Assembly: GCA_047601445.1 (NCBI GenBank)
Contig: JASGJH010000001.1
Coordinates: 5,024,001 to 5,088,000, forward strand
DNA: 64,000 nt
DNA from: Myxococcales bacterium
GTDB lineage: Bacteria; Myxococcota_A; Polyangia; Polyangiales; DASUME01
Reading direction: 5' to 3'
Position numbers and translations under genes: made by a program. How positions within the stretch are numbered: position 1 is the stretch's first letter; every line of letters begins with the position of its first letter. Below are positions 1-9,518 of the stretch, one piece after another. A model generated the notes under the pieces. The model did not search any database. It was given only the letters and a program-made list of their open reading frames with translations, and was not told the DNA's origin.

Positions 1-1986
1 CAGGGGCCCGCGCGCAGAGGTCCATGGAAGTAGGCATTGGGTGTGATCACGAAGGTGCAGGGGGCGTGCCCTCCGTTGATCAGGTCGACGCTGAGGCCGC
101 CGATCAGCGGGTGATAGCGCACGCGGATCTCCGGCGCGGCCTGGGCCACCGTCGCGCTGAGGTCGCCCACGAAGTGCCGGTGATAGCCGTTGGGACCGAG
201 CACCCACAGATCGTAGGCGCCCTGCTGCTCGCCGAGCTTGTAGCTGCCCAGCAGGCTCTTGCCGGCCTCCACGGTGTAGCGACGCGGCGCCTGGTCGAGG
301 TGCCTGCGGTCGTACACGTGGAACACTGCGGCCGCGCGGCCGCTGTTGATGAAGCGCAGGTCGATCTGCTCCGCGCTCGGCTGCAGCTCGGCCTGAGTGT
401 GTAGCTCGTAGGGCAGCGCGCGCGAGGGGCGCACGCCGTACTCCTGGCTCGGCAAGGATGGCGCCGGGATGGGTGGCGTGGTGGTGCCGGGCAGGGCACG
501 CGCACGGTCCGCCAGCTCCACGGTGTCCGGGAGGTCGTCCAGGAAGGGCTGCTCGTCGGGATCACGGAAGTCGAGGGTGGACGTGAGGTCGCCACACACC
601 ACGCGCCGCCAGGGCGTGATGTTCGGCTCGAAGACGCCGAAGCGACGCTCGAGGAAGCGGATCACCGAGGTGTGATTGAACACCTCCGAGTTGACCCAGC
701 CGCCCTTGCTCCAGGGAGAGATCACGTAGAGCGGCACGCGCGGCCCCGGCCCGTAGGGACGGTGCAGGAGCTGCGACTCGGCGGGGTTCGCCCCATCGGG
801 CAAGAACTCGTGGTACTCACCGCGCGTATCCACCGTGGATGCACCGGCCAACGCGGCCTTCGCAGGGTCGGCGTCCCAGCGCAGGTAGCTCGGCGCCTGG
901 GGCGGCGGCACGTGGTCGAAGAAGCCGTCGTTCTCGTCGAAGTTCACGATGAACACGGTCTTGCTCCACACGTCGGGATTGGCTGTGAGCGCGTCGAGGA
1001 CCTGAGCCGTGTAGTCGGCGCCCTGGGCCGGACTCGAGGGGCCCGGGTGCTCCGAGCCCTCCGCCGTGGCCACGACCCAGGAGATTCTGCGGCAGCGTGC
1101 CGTCGATCACGTCCTGCTTGAGCTTGTCGAGGTCACGCGTGGACAAGCCGCGCTCGCGCAGCGCCGCGAGCGAGCCGGGCGCGCCTGCGTAGGCCGCGCG
1201 GAAGGTGCGGAAGCCGGCCACCGAGTTGTCGGTGAAGTTGTCGTCCATGTTCTGATAGATCTGCCAGCTCACACCGGCCTTCTGCAGGCGCTCGCAGTAG
1301 GTGATCCAGGTGTAGCCACCCTCGGGATCGTGCTCGAGATTGTCGTAGTCGTTGTAGAGAACCGGCCCGTGTCCCTGCTTGAACGGGTCGTTGGTGCCGG
1401 TCCACAGGAAGCAACGGTTTGGGTTGGTGCCGCCGTGGAAGGAGCAGTGATAGGCGTCGCAGAGCGTGAAGGCCTCGGCCATCGCGAACTGGAAGGGCAG
1501 GTCGGGCTCGGCGAAGTAGCCGAGCGAGTGGTTGCGCTTCTGCACCGGCCACTGGTTGAGCTTGCCGTCGTTCCAGGCGAGCGTGGCGTTGGGCCAGGTG
1601 TGGGGCGTGCCGCTCACGCGCATGTGCTCGAAGTGCTCGGTGGTGTCGAGTGGGAAGGGCGAGACCACTTGCGTGCTGCCGTCGGCCGCTACGTTGGCCT
1701 GAAACCAGACGGTCTTCTTGCTGATGCCGGGCGCGTCGGGCACGGGGATCGGAAAGCGATCGGCGAAGCCGCGCACGCCGCGGTAGGTACCGAAGTAGTG
1801 ATCGAACGAGCGGTTCTCCTGCATCAGGATCACCACGTGCTCGACGTCCTTGAGCGTGCCGGTGCGGCGATGGGCCGGGATCGCCAGCGCGCGCTGAATG
1901 GCCGGCGGAAACGCCGCGGCGGCCAGGCTCGCTCCGGCCGTATAGGCGGCGGTGCGGAGGAAGTCTCGTCGGTTGCCTTGGGTCAT
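1..1986 (-). CDS. plcN: Phosphocholine-specific phospholipase C (PlcN/PlcH phosphoesterase family), Tat-exported; apparent +1 frameshift at ~1085; 3' end runs off the window
   Basis: Tat signal NRRDFL and EHVVILMQENRSFDHYFG motif. Removing one T at 1085/1086 gives LPQISWVVATAEGSEHP...NFDENDGFFDHVPPP...GPRVPLYVISPWSKGG, open to position 1. SD-like AAGGG favours ATG 1986. Confidence 0.85.
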
Positions 1987-2235
1987 GTCGCGCATCCCTT
2001 CGTGAACTGCTGCGCCCGTTCGGGGGCGCTCACGCAGGGAAGCTCACACGCGACTAAAACCGCGGGGTGACTCTCCAGCAACGATGCATCGGCATTTCAC
2101 GCGCTAGCCGGACTCAAAGTTCCAAGACGATGACGGAGTGCGATTCCGAATACTCGCGCAGCGCACGAACGAGGCTTCTTGCCACACAGGGGGGCACGGG
2201 CACGCGTACGCCCCAGAGGGAGAGCTCGCGCGGTG

Positions 2236-2376
2236 GTCATGGACGTGGACATGGACTTTGACAGCGACGGCGTGCGTGATCGCCTTCGCGATCGATGATC
2301 AGGCCGTCGTGCCGCTCACGCACACCGTCGCCGTTCAGGTCAAAGTCCAAGTCGCCGACCAAGTCCTGGGCAACGT
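2236..2376. repeat. Imperfect hairpin / hexamer-periodic intergenic repeat (copy 1)
   Basis: GGACTTTGAC-AGCGACGGCGTGCGTGA (2253-2279) pairs with TCACGCACACCGTCGC...GTCAAAGTCC (2316-2348). The right arm recurs at 44897-44960. Confidence 0.6.
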
Positions 2377-2396
2377 GCCGGGATGACCCACGGACC

Positions 2397-3773
2397 TCAC
2401 TCGTCGTCGAGCGCCGAGTCCGCCAGGGACACCTCATCCGCCGTACAGAACATGGTCTTCTGCATCTTGGCGGGTGGGTTCTTGCGCGTATTTTGCGCCG
2501 ACACACGGCGCATGGTGAAGCCCGTGTTGTAGACCTCGGGGTACGCCTCGCGCGCGATCGTCATGGCCGCCTCCCAATCAGTGCGCAGCTTCACGGACGC
2601 GGGGTCGGGCGCGAAGCCGGGGTCGGGCGTGAGCGCGATCAGCCCGAGCAGGTCCTCGAACAAGGTCTGCTCGAACGGCTTGCGTTTCACGGCCGCCACC
2701 AGCGAGGGCACGAGCACGCGGTCACGCAGGGCTTCCGCGTCCGCGCCATCCACCTGACACTGCAACAGCCGGTGATGCAGGTGCGAGATGCCCACCGCGA
2801 CCTCCGAGCGCTCACGCGTGAACAGCTCCTTGAACGCAGCGTCGTAGCGCCCCTCGGCCTCCGCGAACCAGGTGAGCATGATGTCGACGAGCTTGCCTCG
2901 GCACTCCCCGTTGCAGCTCTCCCCGTACAGATAGCCCTTGAGCCAGTCGGCGCGCTCCTTGTGAAACGCGTTGACGGCGGCCACGTCGCTGGCCGACACG
3001 AAGGCGTTGGGTTGGGTGGGTGAGAGCACCAGCGCACTGATCAAGTGGGCGCCGGTGGAGGTCCCCTCGAAGTGCGCGACCTCGCCCTTTTGGCGGCGCT
3101 CGAACAACTCCACCAAATAGCTGCTGAAGAGGGCGGTCAGCTTGAGTGGCATGTTCTGCACCGAACGCTCGTCGGTCAGGAGCCCGAGCGGCCCGTCCTG
3201 GTTCTTCTTGCGCGCAGCATCGAGCTCCTCCGCGAACAGGTCCGTGAGCTCGAGCGAGCGCTCGACGTGGTTCTCCTTGGGGCAGATGGCCACGTCACGT
3301 ACGACCCCGAAACGCTGCTGGCACGACACCTCGTAGGAGCTCGCCAGACGCGCGTAGCTCTTGTCCGTGGTGCTGAGCAGCACGGACTTCATGTAGCTCG
3401 GGCTGTCCTTGCCCAGCTCGAGAGCGTAGGAAACGGCCAGCTCGGGGTCGAGGATGTTGCCGCGCGTCAGCGAGAGCAGCACGCCGTAGCGACGTTCCAC
3501 CGTGTCGGGTCCACTGGCCGACAGCACATCGAGGTTCTTGGAGAGGATCTCCGCGCGCTCGATGCGCCAGTTGTTGTCGGCTTGAGCCTTGGCGATCTGC
3601 TGCTGGGAGTCGGCCTGCTTGGCTGCCATCTCCGACTGCCGGTATTGCCAGATGGACGTCGCCACCAGACCTGCCGCCCCGATCACGAAGGATGACAGGA
3701 AGGAGTGATAGGTCTGGATGAAGGAGCCTACGCGGCCCGGCTGTGGTTTGTTCGAACTACCCGCGTCAGACAT
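2397..3773 (-). CDS. Hypothetical protein with N-terminal TM helix and coiled coil
   Basis: Long ORF with host-like codon usage; start MSDAGSS; TM segment FLSSFVIGAAGLVATSIW. Confidence 0.75.
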   Translation of the reverse strand: MSDAGSSNKPQPGRVGSFIQTYHSFLSSFVIGAAGLVATSIWQYRQSEMAAKQADSQQQIAKAQADNNWRIERAEILSKNLDVLSASGPDTVERRYGVLLSLTRGNILDPELAVSYALELGKDSPSYMKSVLLSTTDKSYARLASSYEVSCQQRFGVVRDVAICPKENHVERSLELTDLFAEELDAARKKNQDGPLGLLTDERSVQNMPLKLTALFSSYLVELFERRQKGEVAHFEGTSTGAHLISALVLSPTQPNAFVSASDVAAVNAFHKERADWLKGYLYGESCNGECRGKLVDIMLTWFAEAEGRYDAAFKELFTRERSEVAVGISHLHHRLLQCQVDGADAEALRDRVLVPSLVAAVKRKPFEQTLFEDLLGLIALTPDPGFAPDPASVKLRTDWEAAMTIAREAYPEVYNTGFTMRRVSAQNTRKNPPAKMQKTMFCTADEVSLADSALDDE

Positions 3774-4002
3774 GGCGGGCGGATTGTACGCTCGCAGAGC
3801 CGGGATGCGTCCCCAGTCGGAGGCAAAAATCGGCGCTCCGCACGGATAACCCGAGTGCCCCGCCCTGACGCGAGGGAGGCCCCCGAACGCCGTCCAAGAA
3901 CGCCCCAAGTCGTGCGCACGCGCCCGCACGGCGAGGCCGGGAATCGGGGCGAAATCGGTCATTTGCGTCGCCAGTGCCGGCTTCGAGCCGCCCTGGGGCG
4001 GC

Positions 4003-4018
4003 TGGCACATGCATTGCT
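4003..4018 (+). promoter_or_regulatory. sigma54 -24/-12 promoter
   Basis: TGGCACATGCATTGCT matches TGGCAC-N5-TTGC exactly, just before GTG 4030. Confidence 0.7.
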
Positions 4019-4029
4019 GTTCCCCAGGC

Positions 4030-5043
4030 GTGGACTCGACACCGCCATCCCGTGCCAAACGCTGGCTAAGTTGGTGTGCCCTCGGCTTGGTGGCGCTGGC
4101 CGGGCTTGGCTGGCTCGTCGCGCCCAGGCTCATCGCCCGCAAGGTACGGCGCGAGCTCGCCTCCCTGCCGGGCGGCTACACGGGCGACATCGACGAGGTG
4201 GAGCTGCGGCTCTGGGACGCCGAAGTCGCCATGCTCGGCATGCGCGTCGAGAAGAAGCGCCCGCAAATCCCCACGCCCTTCTTGCGTGCCGCGGAGTTCG
4301 TGATCGGGTTCGAGCGCCGGGGCTTCGGCCTGCGCAACACGCTACGGGTGGTGCAACCCATCGTGAGCCTGGTCGATGGCAAGACGCCCGCCCAGGATCA
4401 GTGGGGCCCACACTTCAAGCTGGAGACGCTGCGCGAGAAGCTGCCCTTCGAGCTCGATGGACTCCGCGTCGAGGACGGTCAGCTCCACCTACGGGTGTTC
4501 GACGCCGAGCCACCGGTAGACGCCTATCTCTCCCACGTCGACGTGGCCTGGAGCGACCTCTCGCATTGCTTGCCCCCAGGCGACGCCACCTGCGACTCCC
4601 GAGTCCGCGTGCGCGGGCGCATGATGGGGCACGCCACGCTGGCGCTGGGCGGCCGCTTCGAGCGCAACCCGGAGAGCAGCCTGGTGCTGAGCGGAACCCT
4701 GCGCGACCTCGCGGCGCGCCAGCTGAGTCCACTCCTGTTGCGTTACGTCAAAGTGGATGTGCAGGACGGCAAGGTCGACCTCGACCTGCGCTATCACCGC
4801 CACGGCGATCACTACACCGCCTTGATCGTGCCCAAGCTCGAGGACCTCAAGGTGCTGGGCGGCCGTGACGACACCAAGCTGGGACGGGAGATGGCGCTCG
4901 CGCTCACGGCCGGTTGGTTCGAGCGGCGGCGCGGCGAAAAAGCCGTGCGTCTGCGCGGACAGAGCGGCCGGGACAACCTGGATTTCAAGGTCGTCGATAG
5001 CCCCGCCAAGGAAGCCCGCGACAAGCGCGACGAGGAACCGTGA
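4030..5043 (+). CDS. DUF748/AsmA-like membrane-anchored protein
   Basis: N-terminal anchor; Y-x-G-x-I-x-x-V-x-L-x-L-W start of domain; YVKVDVQDGKVDL motif typical of DUF748-like proteins. Confidence 0.6.
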   Translation: MDSTPPSRAKRWLSWCALGLVALAGLGWLVAPRLIARKVRRELASLPGGYTGDIDEVELRLWDAEVAMLGMRVEKKRPQIPTPFLRAAEFVIGFERRGFGLRNTLRVVQPIVSLVDGKTPAQDQWGPHFKLETLREKLPFELDGLRVEDGQLHLRVFDAEPPVDAYLSHVDVAWSDLSHCLPPGDATCDSRVRVRGRMMGHATLALGGRFERNPESSLVLSGTLRDLAARQLSPLLLRYVKVDVQDGKVDLDLRYHRHGDHYTALIVPKLEDLKVLGGRDDTKLGREMALALTAGWFERRRGEKAVRLRGQSGRDNLDFKVVDSPAKEARDKRDEEP

Positions 5044-5087
5044 GCGGATCGATGGCGTGCGGCCCGCACTGCACGCACAGTTGAGCC

Positions 5088-5744
5088 ATGAGCAACGCGC
5101 GGACGTCCCATCCCTCGAGCGGCCAGACGTTGGCAGCCGCCCACGAACACGACAGCTCCCTCCAGAAGCAGCTCGGCAAGGCCATGTTGGTTGCCTCCGG
5201 TTGGACCGCGTCGGGCCCGCCCCCGGCGGAAAAGCGCTACGTCTTGTTGGCCGCGCCCCACACGTCCAATTGGGACTTGCCCGTGATGCTCGCCCTCACG
5301 ATGAGCTTCGGCCTGACGGTGCGCTGGATGGGCAAGCACTCGCTGTTCAAGCCACCCTTCGGCGGATTCATGAAGCTCCTGGGCGGCCTGCCCATCGAGC
5401 GCCACAAGCAGAAAGGCGTGGTCGAAGCGGTGGCCGAAGAGTACCGCAACGCCGAGGAGCTCATCATCGCCATTCCGCCCGAGGCCACGCGCAGCCGCGC
5501 TCCGTACTGGCGCTCGGGCTTCTATCACATCGCACGTGCTGCCCAGGTCCCGATCGCGCTCGGGTTTCTCGACTACGAAAAGCAAATCGGCGGCATCGGG
5601 CCCCTGATCCAGCCCAGCGGAGACATCCACGCCGACATGGAGAAGATCCGCACGTTCTACGCGCCGATGCAGGGCAAGTTCGCGGAAAACTTCGCGGTCC
5701 CACGGCTGCGCGAGGAGGACGAGTCCGTCCCCAGCAGAGGCTAG
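5088..5744 (+). CDS. 1-acyl-sn-glycerol-3-phosphate (lysophospholipid) acyltransferase family
   Basis: APHTSNWD (HX4D), IPPEATR and GFYHIA motifs. Confidence 0.9.
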   Translation: MSNARTSHPSSGQTLAAAHEHDSSLQKQLGKAMLVASGWTASGPPPAEKRYVLLAAPHTSNWDLPVMLALTMSFGLTVRWMGKHSLFKPPFGGFMKLLGGLPIERHKQKGVVEAVAEEYRNAEELIIAIPPEATRSRAPYWRSGFYHIARAAQVPIALGFLDYEKQIGGIGPLIQPSGDIHADMEKIRTFYAPMQGKFAENFAVPRLREEDESVPSRG

Positions 5745-5899
5745 GGGTGTCCCTAATTCCGGCGCGAGTCAGGGCGCGAATTTCCGTCGCAGCGCGAGCG
5801 CGCCCGCAGGCTCGACCTGAAGGTCGGGCCGAGGACGAAGGCTGCGATGCGGCGGAAAGGCGCGATGCTGGCGTGCGCCGGAATGAGGGACACCCCTAG
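5741..5899. mobile_element. MITE-like long inverted-repeat element bounded by CTAG
   Basis: CTAGGGGTGTCCCTAATTCCGGCGC ... GCGCCGGAATGAGGGACACCCCTAG; imperfect pairing extends ~55 bp; internal hairpin CTCGACC-TGAA-GGTCGGG. Confidence 0.65.
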
Positions 5900-6061
5900 G
5901 TACGAGCGGTCACTGCACACGCCGCGAGAAGCCACCAAAGTCGTACGAGAGAGCGCTAGCTCACGCCGCGTAGGTCAGTGCGGTGGCCTTTCGCAGCCAG
6001 CGGACTTCGGCGTATTGTCGTTTCGACGGGGAAGACTCTCGTTCTCCCGCCGGAGGCCGAC

Positions 6062-6778
6062 ATGACTCAAGTCATCATCCGCGACTTCCACCCGAGCGAC
6101 CGCGATTCGGTCCGTAAGGTCTGCTTCGAGACCGGCATGATGGGCGACCCCATCGTCGACCAATACCGGGACTTCGACAGCTTCGTGGACATGTTCACGG
6201 CCTACTACACCGACGAGGAGCCCGAGAACAGCGTGGTGGCCGAGCTCGACGGCCAGGTGGTCGGCTACATGTTGTGTGCCCTCGACGTGCGCAGAGCCAA
6301 GACCCCCGCTCGCTACATGCTCAAGCACGCCTTCACGCGCGGCGCCTGCTTCCGCCCCGGCACCTTCGGCTTTTACATGCGCAGCGCCTTCGACATGCTC
6401 GGCGATCTGGTGGGCGATAATGCACCCAAGGTCGACTACGACCTCTATCCCTCGGCCCCCCATATCAATCTACTCGGCTCGGCCCGGCGCGGCGGCGGCG
6501 CCACCGAGATGTTCTATCGTGTGTTCGACCACATCGTGGCGCGCGGCTCCAAGGGCATGCACGGCTCGGTACAGGCCACGAACCGCCCCATCATCGATCT
6601 CGCCATGAAGAAGCTCGGCTTCCACCTGGTGGGGGACCCCTTCCCCGTGCCGGGCCTGCGCGACGGCAAGGGAGAGCGCGTGGCGCTGCAGACCTTGGCC
6701 CGCACCTTGACAGACTGGGACGTGGGCGCCTGGAAGCGCAGAGGTTTCCGGATGAACACGTCGCCGCCACGCGCGTGA
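6062..6778 (+). CDS. GNAT family N-acetyltransferase
   Basis: IIRDFHPSDRDSVRKVCFETG, VAELDGQVVGY and HINLLGSARRGGGA (acetyl-CoA motif A); GGAGG SD. Confidence 0.8.
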   Translation: MTQVIIRDFHPSDRDSVRKVCFETGMMGDPIVDQYRDFDSFVDMFTAYYTDEEPENSVVAELDGQVVGYMLCALDVRRAKTPARYMLKHAFTRGACFRPGTFGFYMRSAFDMLGDLVGDNAPKVDYDLYPSAPHINLLGSARRGGGATEMFYRVFDHIVARGSKGMHGSVQATNRPIIDLAMKKLGFHLVGDPFPVPGLRDGKGERVALQTLARTLTDWDVGAWKRRGFRMNTSPPRA

Positions 6779-6839
6779 GCGCGCGAGCGCGGGCGCCGTT
6801 CGGGCTCGGACCCGACGGACTGGCTACTATACGCCCCGC

Positions 6840-7397
6840 ATGATCGCGCTGATTTACGCTCATCCGTACCCCGACCGTTCGCGCGCCAACCGAGCCTTGC
6901 TTTCGGCCGTCGCCGGCCTGCCGGACCTCGAAGTCCGCTCGCTCTACGATCTGTATCCCGACTTTGCGATCGACGTGGAGTCCGAGCAGGAGCTGCTCTT
7001 GCGGGCCGAGCTCATCGTGTGGCAGCACCCGTTCTACTGGTACAGCGTGCCCGCGCTCATGAAGCACTGGTTCGACAAGGTGCTGGCCCGCGGCTGGGCC
7101 TATGGCGAAGACGGCAACGCGCTCAAGGGCAAGACCTGCCTGTGGGTCACCACCACGGGCGGCGACGAGGACGCTTTCTCGCCCGCTGGCATGCATGCCT
7201 TCCCCTTTGGCGCCTTCGTGCCCCCGGTGGAACAGACGGCCCGCTTCTGCCAGATGCACTGGGCACCGCCGCTCGTGTTGCACGGCGCGCATCGCGTGAG
7301 CAACGTCGAGCTCACGGCGGCTGCGGAACGTTATCGCGAGATGGTGAGCATGCTATCGGCGCGCGTGATGGAGCGCTCAGGAGTGGCCCATGGCTGA
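6840..7397 (+). CDS. kefF: Glutathione-regulated K+ efflux ancillary protein (flavodoxin-like oxidoreductase)
   Basis: YAHPYPDRSRANRAL and WQHPFYWYSVPALMKHWFDKV; overlaps kefC start. Confidence 0.92.
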   Translation: MIALIYAHPYPDRSRANRALLSAVAGLPDLEVRSLYDLYPDFAIDVESEQELLLRAELIVWQHPFYWYSVPALMKHWFDKVLARGWAYGEDGNALKGKTCLWVTTTGGDEDAFSPAGMHAFPFGAFVPPVEQTARFCQMHWAPPLVLHGAHRVSNVELTAAAERYREMVSMLSARVMERSGVAHG

Positions 7398-9228
7398 ACA
7401 CGGAAGTTTGCTCGATGCCCTGATTTTCCTGGGCGGCGCGGTGGTCTTCGTGCCGCTGGCGAGTCGGCTTGGACTCGGCTCGGTGCTCGGCTACCTGCTC
7501 GCGGGCTGTGCCATTGGACCGCACCTCCTCGGACTCGTGCGCAACGTGGACTCCATCATGCATTTCGCCGAGCTCGGTGTGGTGCTGATGCTGTTCGTGA
7601 TCGGACTCGAGCTCGACCCCAAGCGCCTGTGGGGCATGCGGCGCCTGGTGTTCGGCGGCGGCGCCCTGCAGATGCTCTCGTGCAGCGTGGCCATTGGCGC
7701 CGCAGGCATGGCCGTAGGGCTCGCCTGGCAACCCGCGCTGATCGCTGGGCTCGCGCTGGCGCTGTCGTCCACCGCCATCGCGGTGCAGACCATGAACGAG
7801 CGCAACCTGCTCAACTCTCCGCTCGGGCGCGCGTCCTTCGGTGTGCTGCTGTTCCAGGACCTCGCTGCGATCCCGATCATGAGCGTGGTACCGCTGCTCT
7901 CCACGGCGGCGGACGCAAAGGCCGGCGGAGACCTGAGCTCGGCGCTCAAGGGGATCGCAGCCCTGGCCGTCACCGTGGGCGTGGGCCGCTTCCTCACGCG
8001 ACCGCTCCTGCAAGTGGTGGCGCGCACCGGGCTACGCGAAGTGTTCACCTCGGTGGCGCTCTTGATCGTGTTGGGCGTGGCACAGCTGATGACGATGGCG
8101 GGCCTCTCAATGGGCCTGGGCGCGTTCTTGGCGGGTGTGCTCCTGGCAGGGTCGGAGTTTCGCCACGCCCTCGAGGCCGACATCGAGCCCTTCAAGGGTC
8201 TCTTGATGGGCCTCTTCTTCATGTCGGTGGGCATGGCCATCGACTTCGGACTACTCGCGAGCCACCCCCTGTTCGTGCTGGCTTTGGTGGCCGGATATCA
8301 GGTGATCAAAGCCGGCGTGCTCGCGCTGATCGCGCCTCGTCTGAGCGTGGCCAAGTCCCAGAGCGGCCTGTTCGCTGCACTCTTGGCCCAGGGGGGCGAG
8401 TTCGCCTTCGTGGTGCTCGGTGTGGCGAAAGAGGCCAAGGCCCTGCCGGGCAACTGGGGCGGCCTGCTGACACTCACGGTGGCGCTCTCGATGGCGCTGA
8501 CACCACTTTTGCTGTGGATCCAGGGCAAGGCCGACGACCGACGCGCCTCCGCCAATGCGCGCCAGGACGACGTGATCGAACACGACGGCTCCCAGGTGAT
8601 CATCGCGGGCTTCGGCCGCTTCGGACAGATCGTGGGCCGCATGTTGTTCGCGAGCGGCATCCGGGCCACCGTGCTCGACCACGATCCCGATCAGATCGAG
8701 GTCTTGCGCAGGTTCGGCTTTCGCATCTTTTACGGCGACGCCACCCGCGTGGACCTCTTGCACACGGCGGGCGCGGCCAAGGCCAAGCTCCTGATCAATG
8801 CCATCGACGGCATCGACGACAGCCTGCAGCTGGTGGACCGCGTGAAGGAGCACTTCCCGCAGCTGACGATCGTGTCCCGGGCCCGCAACGTGTCCCACTA
8901 TTTCGAACTGCGCTCCCGCGGCGTGAACGTGGTGGAGCGCGAGACCTTCGAAGCCGCCATCACCATGGGACAGAAGGCGCTCATCAATCTCGGCGTGGCG
9001 CCCTACGAAGCCCACGAGCGCGCCGATCGCTTTCGCCGCCACAACGTGCGCGCGCTGGAGGCGGTATTGCCCTACCTCGACGACGAAGCCCGCCGCCTGT
9101 CCATGGCGCGCGCCGCGCGCGAAGAGCTCGAGAAGCAGTTCGAGCGTGACATGGCGGCGCTCAATCGCATCGGGAGTGCGGCTTGGCAGGCGGATCTCGA
9201 GGGGGCTGACGAGGCTCGCGCGGAGTGA
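7390..9228 (+). CDS. kefC: Glutathione-regulated K+ efflux system protein (CPA2 + KTN domain)
   Basis: HALEADIEPFKGLL regulatory loop, IIAGFGRFGQIVGR Rossmann motif, FYGDATR. Confidence 0.92.
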   Translation: MAEHGSLLDALIFLGGAVVFVPLASRLGLGSVLGYLLAGCAIGPHLLGLVRNVDSIMHFAELGVVLMLFVIGLELDPKRLWGMRRLVFGGGALQMLSCSVAIGAAGMAVGLAWQPALIAGLALALSSTAIAVQTMNERNLLNSPLGRASFGVLLFQDLAAIPIMSVVPLLSTAADAKAGGDLSSALKGIAALAVTVGVGRFLTRPLLQVVARTGLREVFTSVALLIVLGVAQLMTMAGLSMGLGAFLAGVLLAGSEFRHALEADIEPFKGLLMGLFFMSVGMAIDFGLLASHPLFVLALVAGYQVIKAGVLALIAPRLSVAKSQSGLFAALLAQGGEFAFVVLGVAKEAKALPGNWGGLLTLTVALSMALTPLLLWIQGKADDRRASANARQDDVIEHDGSQVIIAGFGRFGQIVGRMLFASGIRATVLDHDPDQIEVLRRFGFRIFYGDATRVDLLHTAGAAKAKLLINAIDGIDDSLQLVDRVKEHFPQLTIVSRARNVSHYFELRSRGVNVVERETFEAAITMGQKALINLGVAPYEAHERADRFRRHNVRALEAVLPYLDDEARRLSMARAAREELEKQFERDMAALNRIGSAAWQADLEGADEARAE

Positions 9229-9233
9229 CTCAC

Positions 9234-9430
9234 GACGCGGGTGGCTGTTCGCGACGGGCGAGAGGGCTGCCCTGCCCGCTCGTCGCGCTGCATCTCGCTG
9301 CCCCGCCTGAGCTCGGTGTTCTCTTCCCACGTGAGCTTGGTGTTCTCTCGGTTCACCCCGCTCTCTCGTGATCCCTCTGCCTCTCGCGAGCTTGGTGTTC
9401 CTTCCCACGTAAGCCCGTGTTCTCTCGCTC
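9234..9430 (+). repeat. Truncated left arm of the dispersed element plus degenerate GTGAGCTTGGTGTTCTCT repeats
   Basis: GACGCGGGTGGCTG...GCCCTGCCCGCTCGTCGCGCTGC (9234-9291), then about four degenerate units like those at 12271-12432. Confidence 0.65.
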
Positions 9431-9438
9431 CACTGAAG

Positions 9439-9454
9439 TGGCACGCTCCGTGCT
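9439..9454 (+). promoter_or_regulatory. Putative sigma54 promoter
   Basis: TGGCACGCTCCGTGCT; conserved upstream of the paralog at 10710. Confidence 0.55.
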
Positions 9455-9518
9455 GCGATGTGCCGTTCGAAACACCAGCTTGCACAAGCTGGCACAAGTC
9501 CCTTCCCGGAGGCCCGGT

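Noticed and set aside
1..1986. Calling plc, the cytochrome c and the M43 protease true pseudogenes
   Set aside because: Each has only one indel, all in the same motif, with no other decay; sequencing error is more parsimonious.
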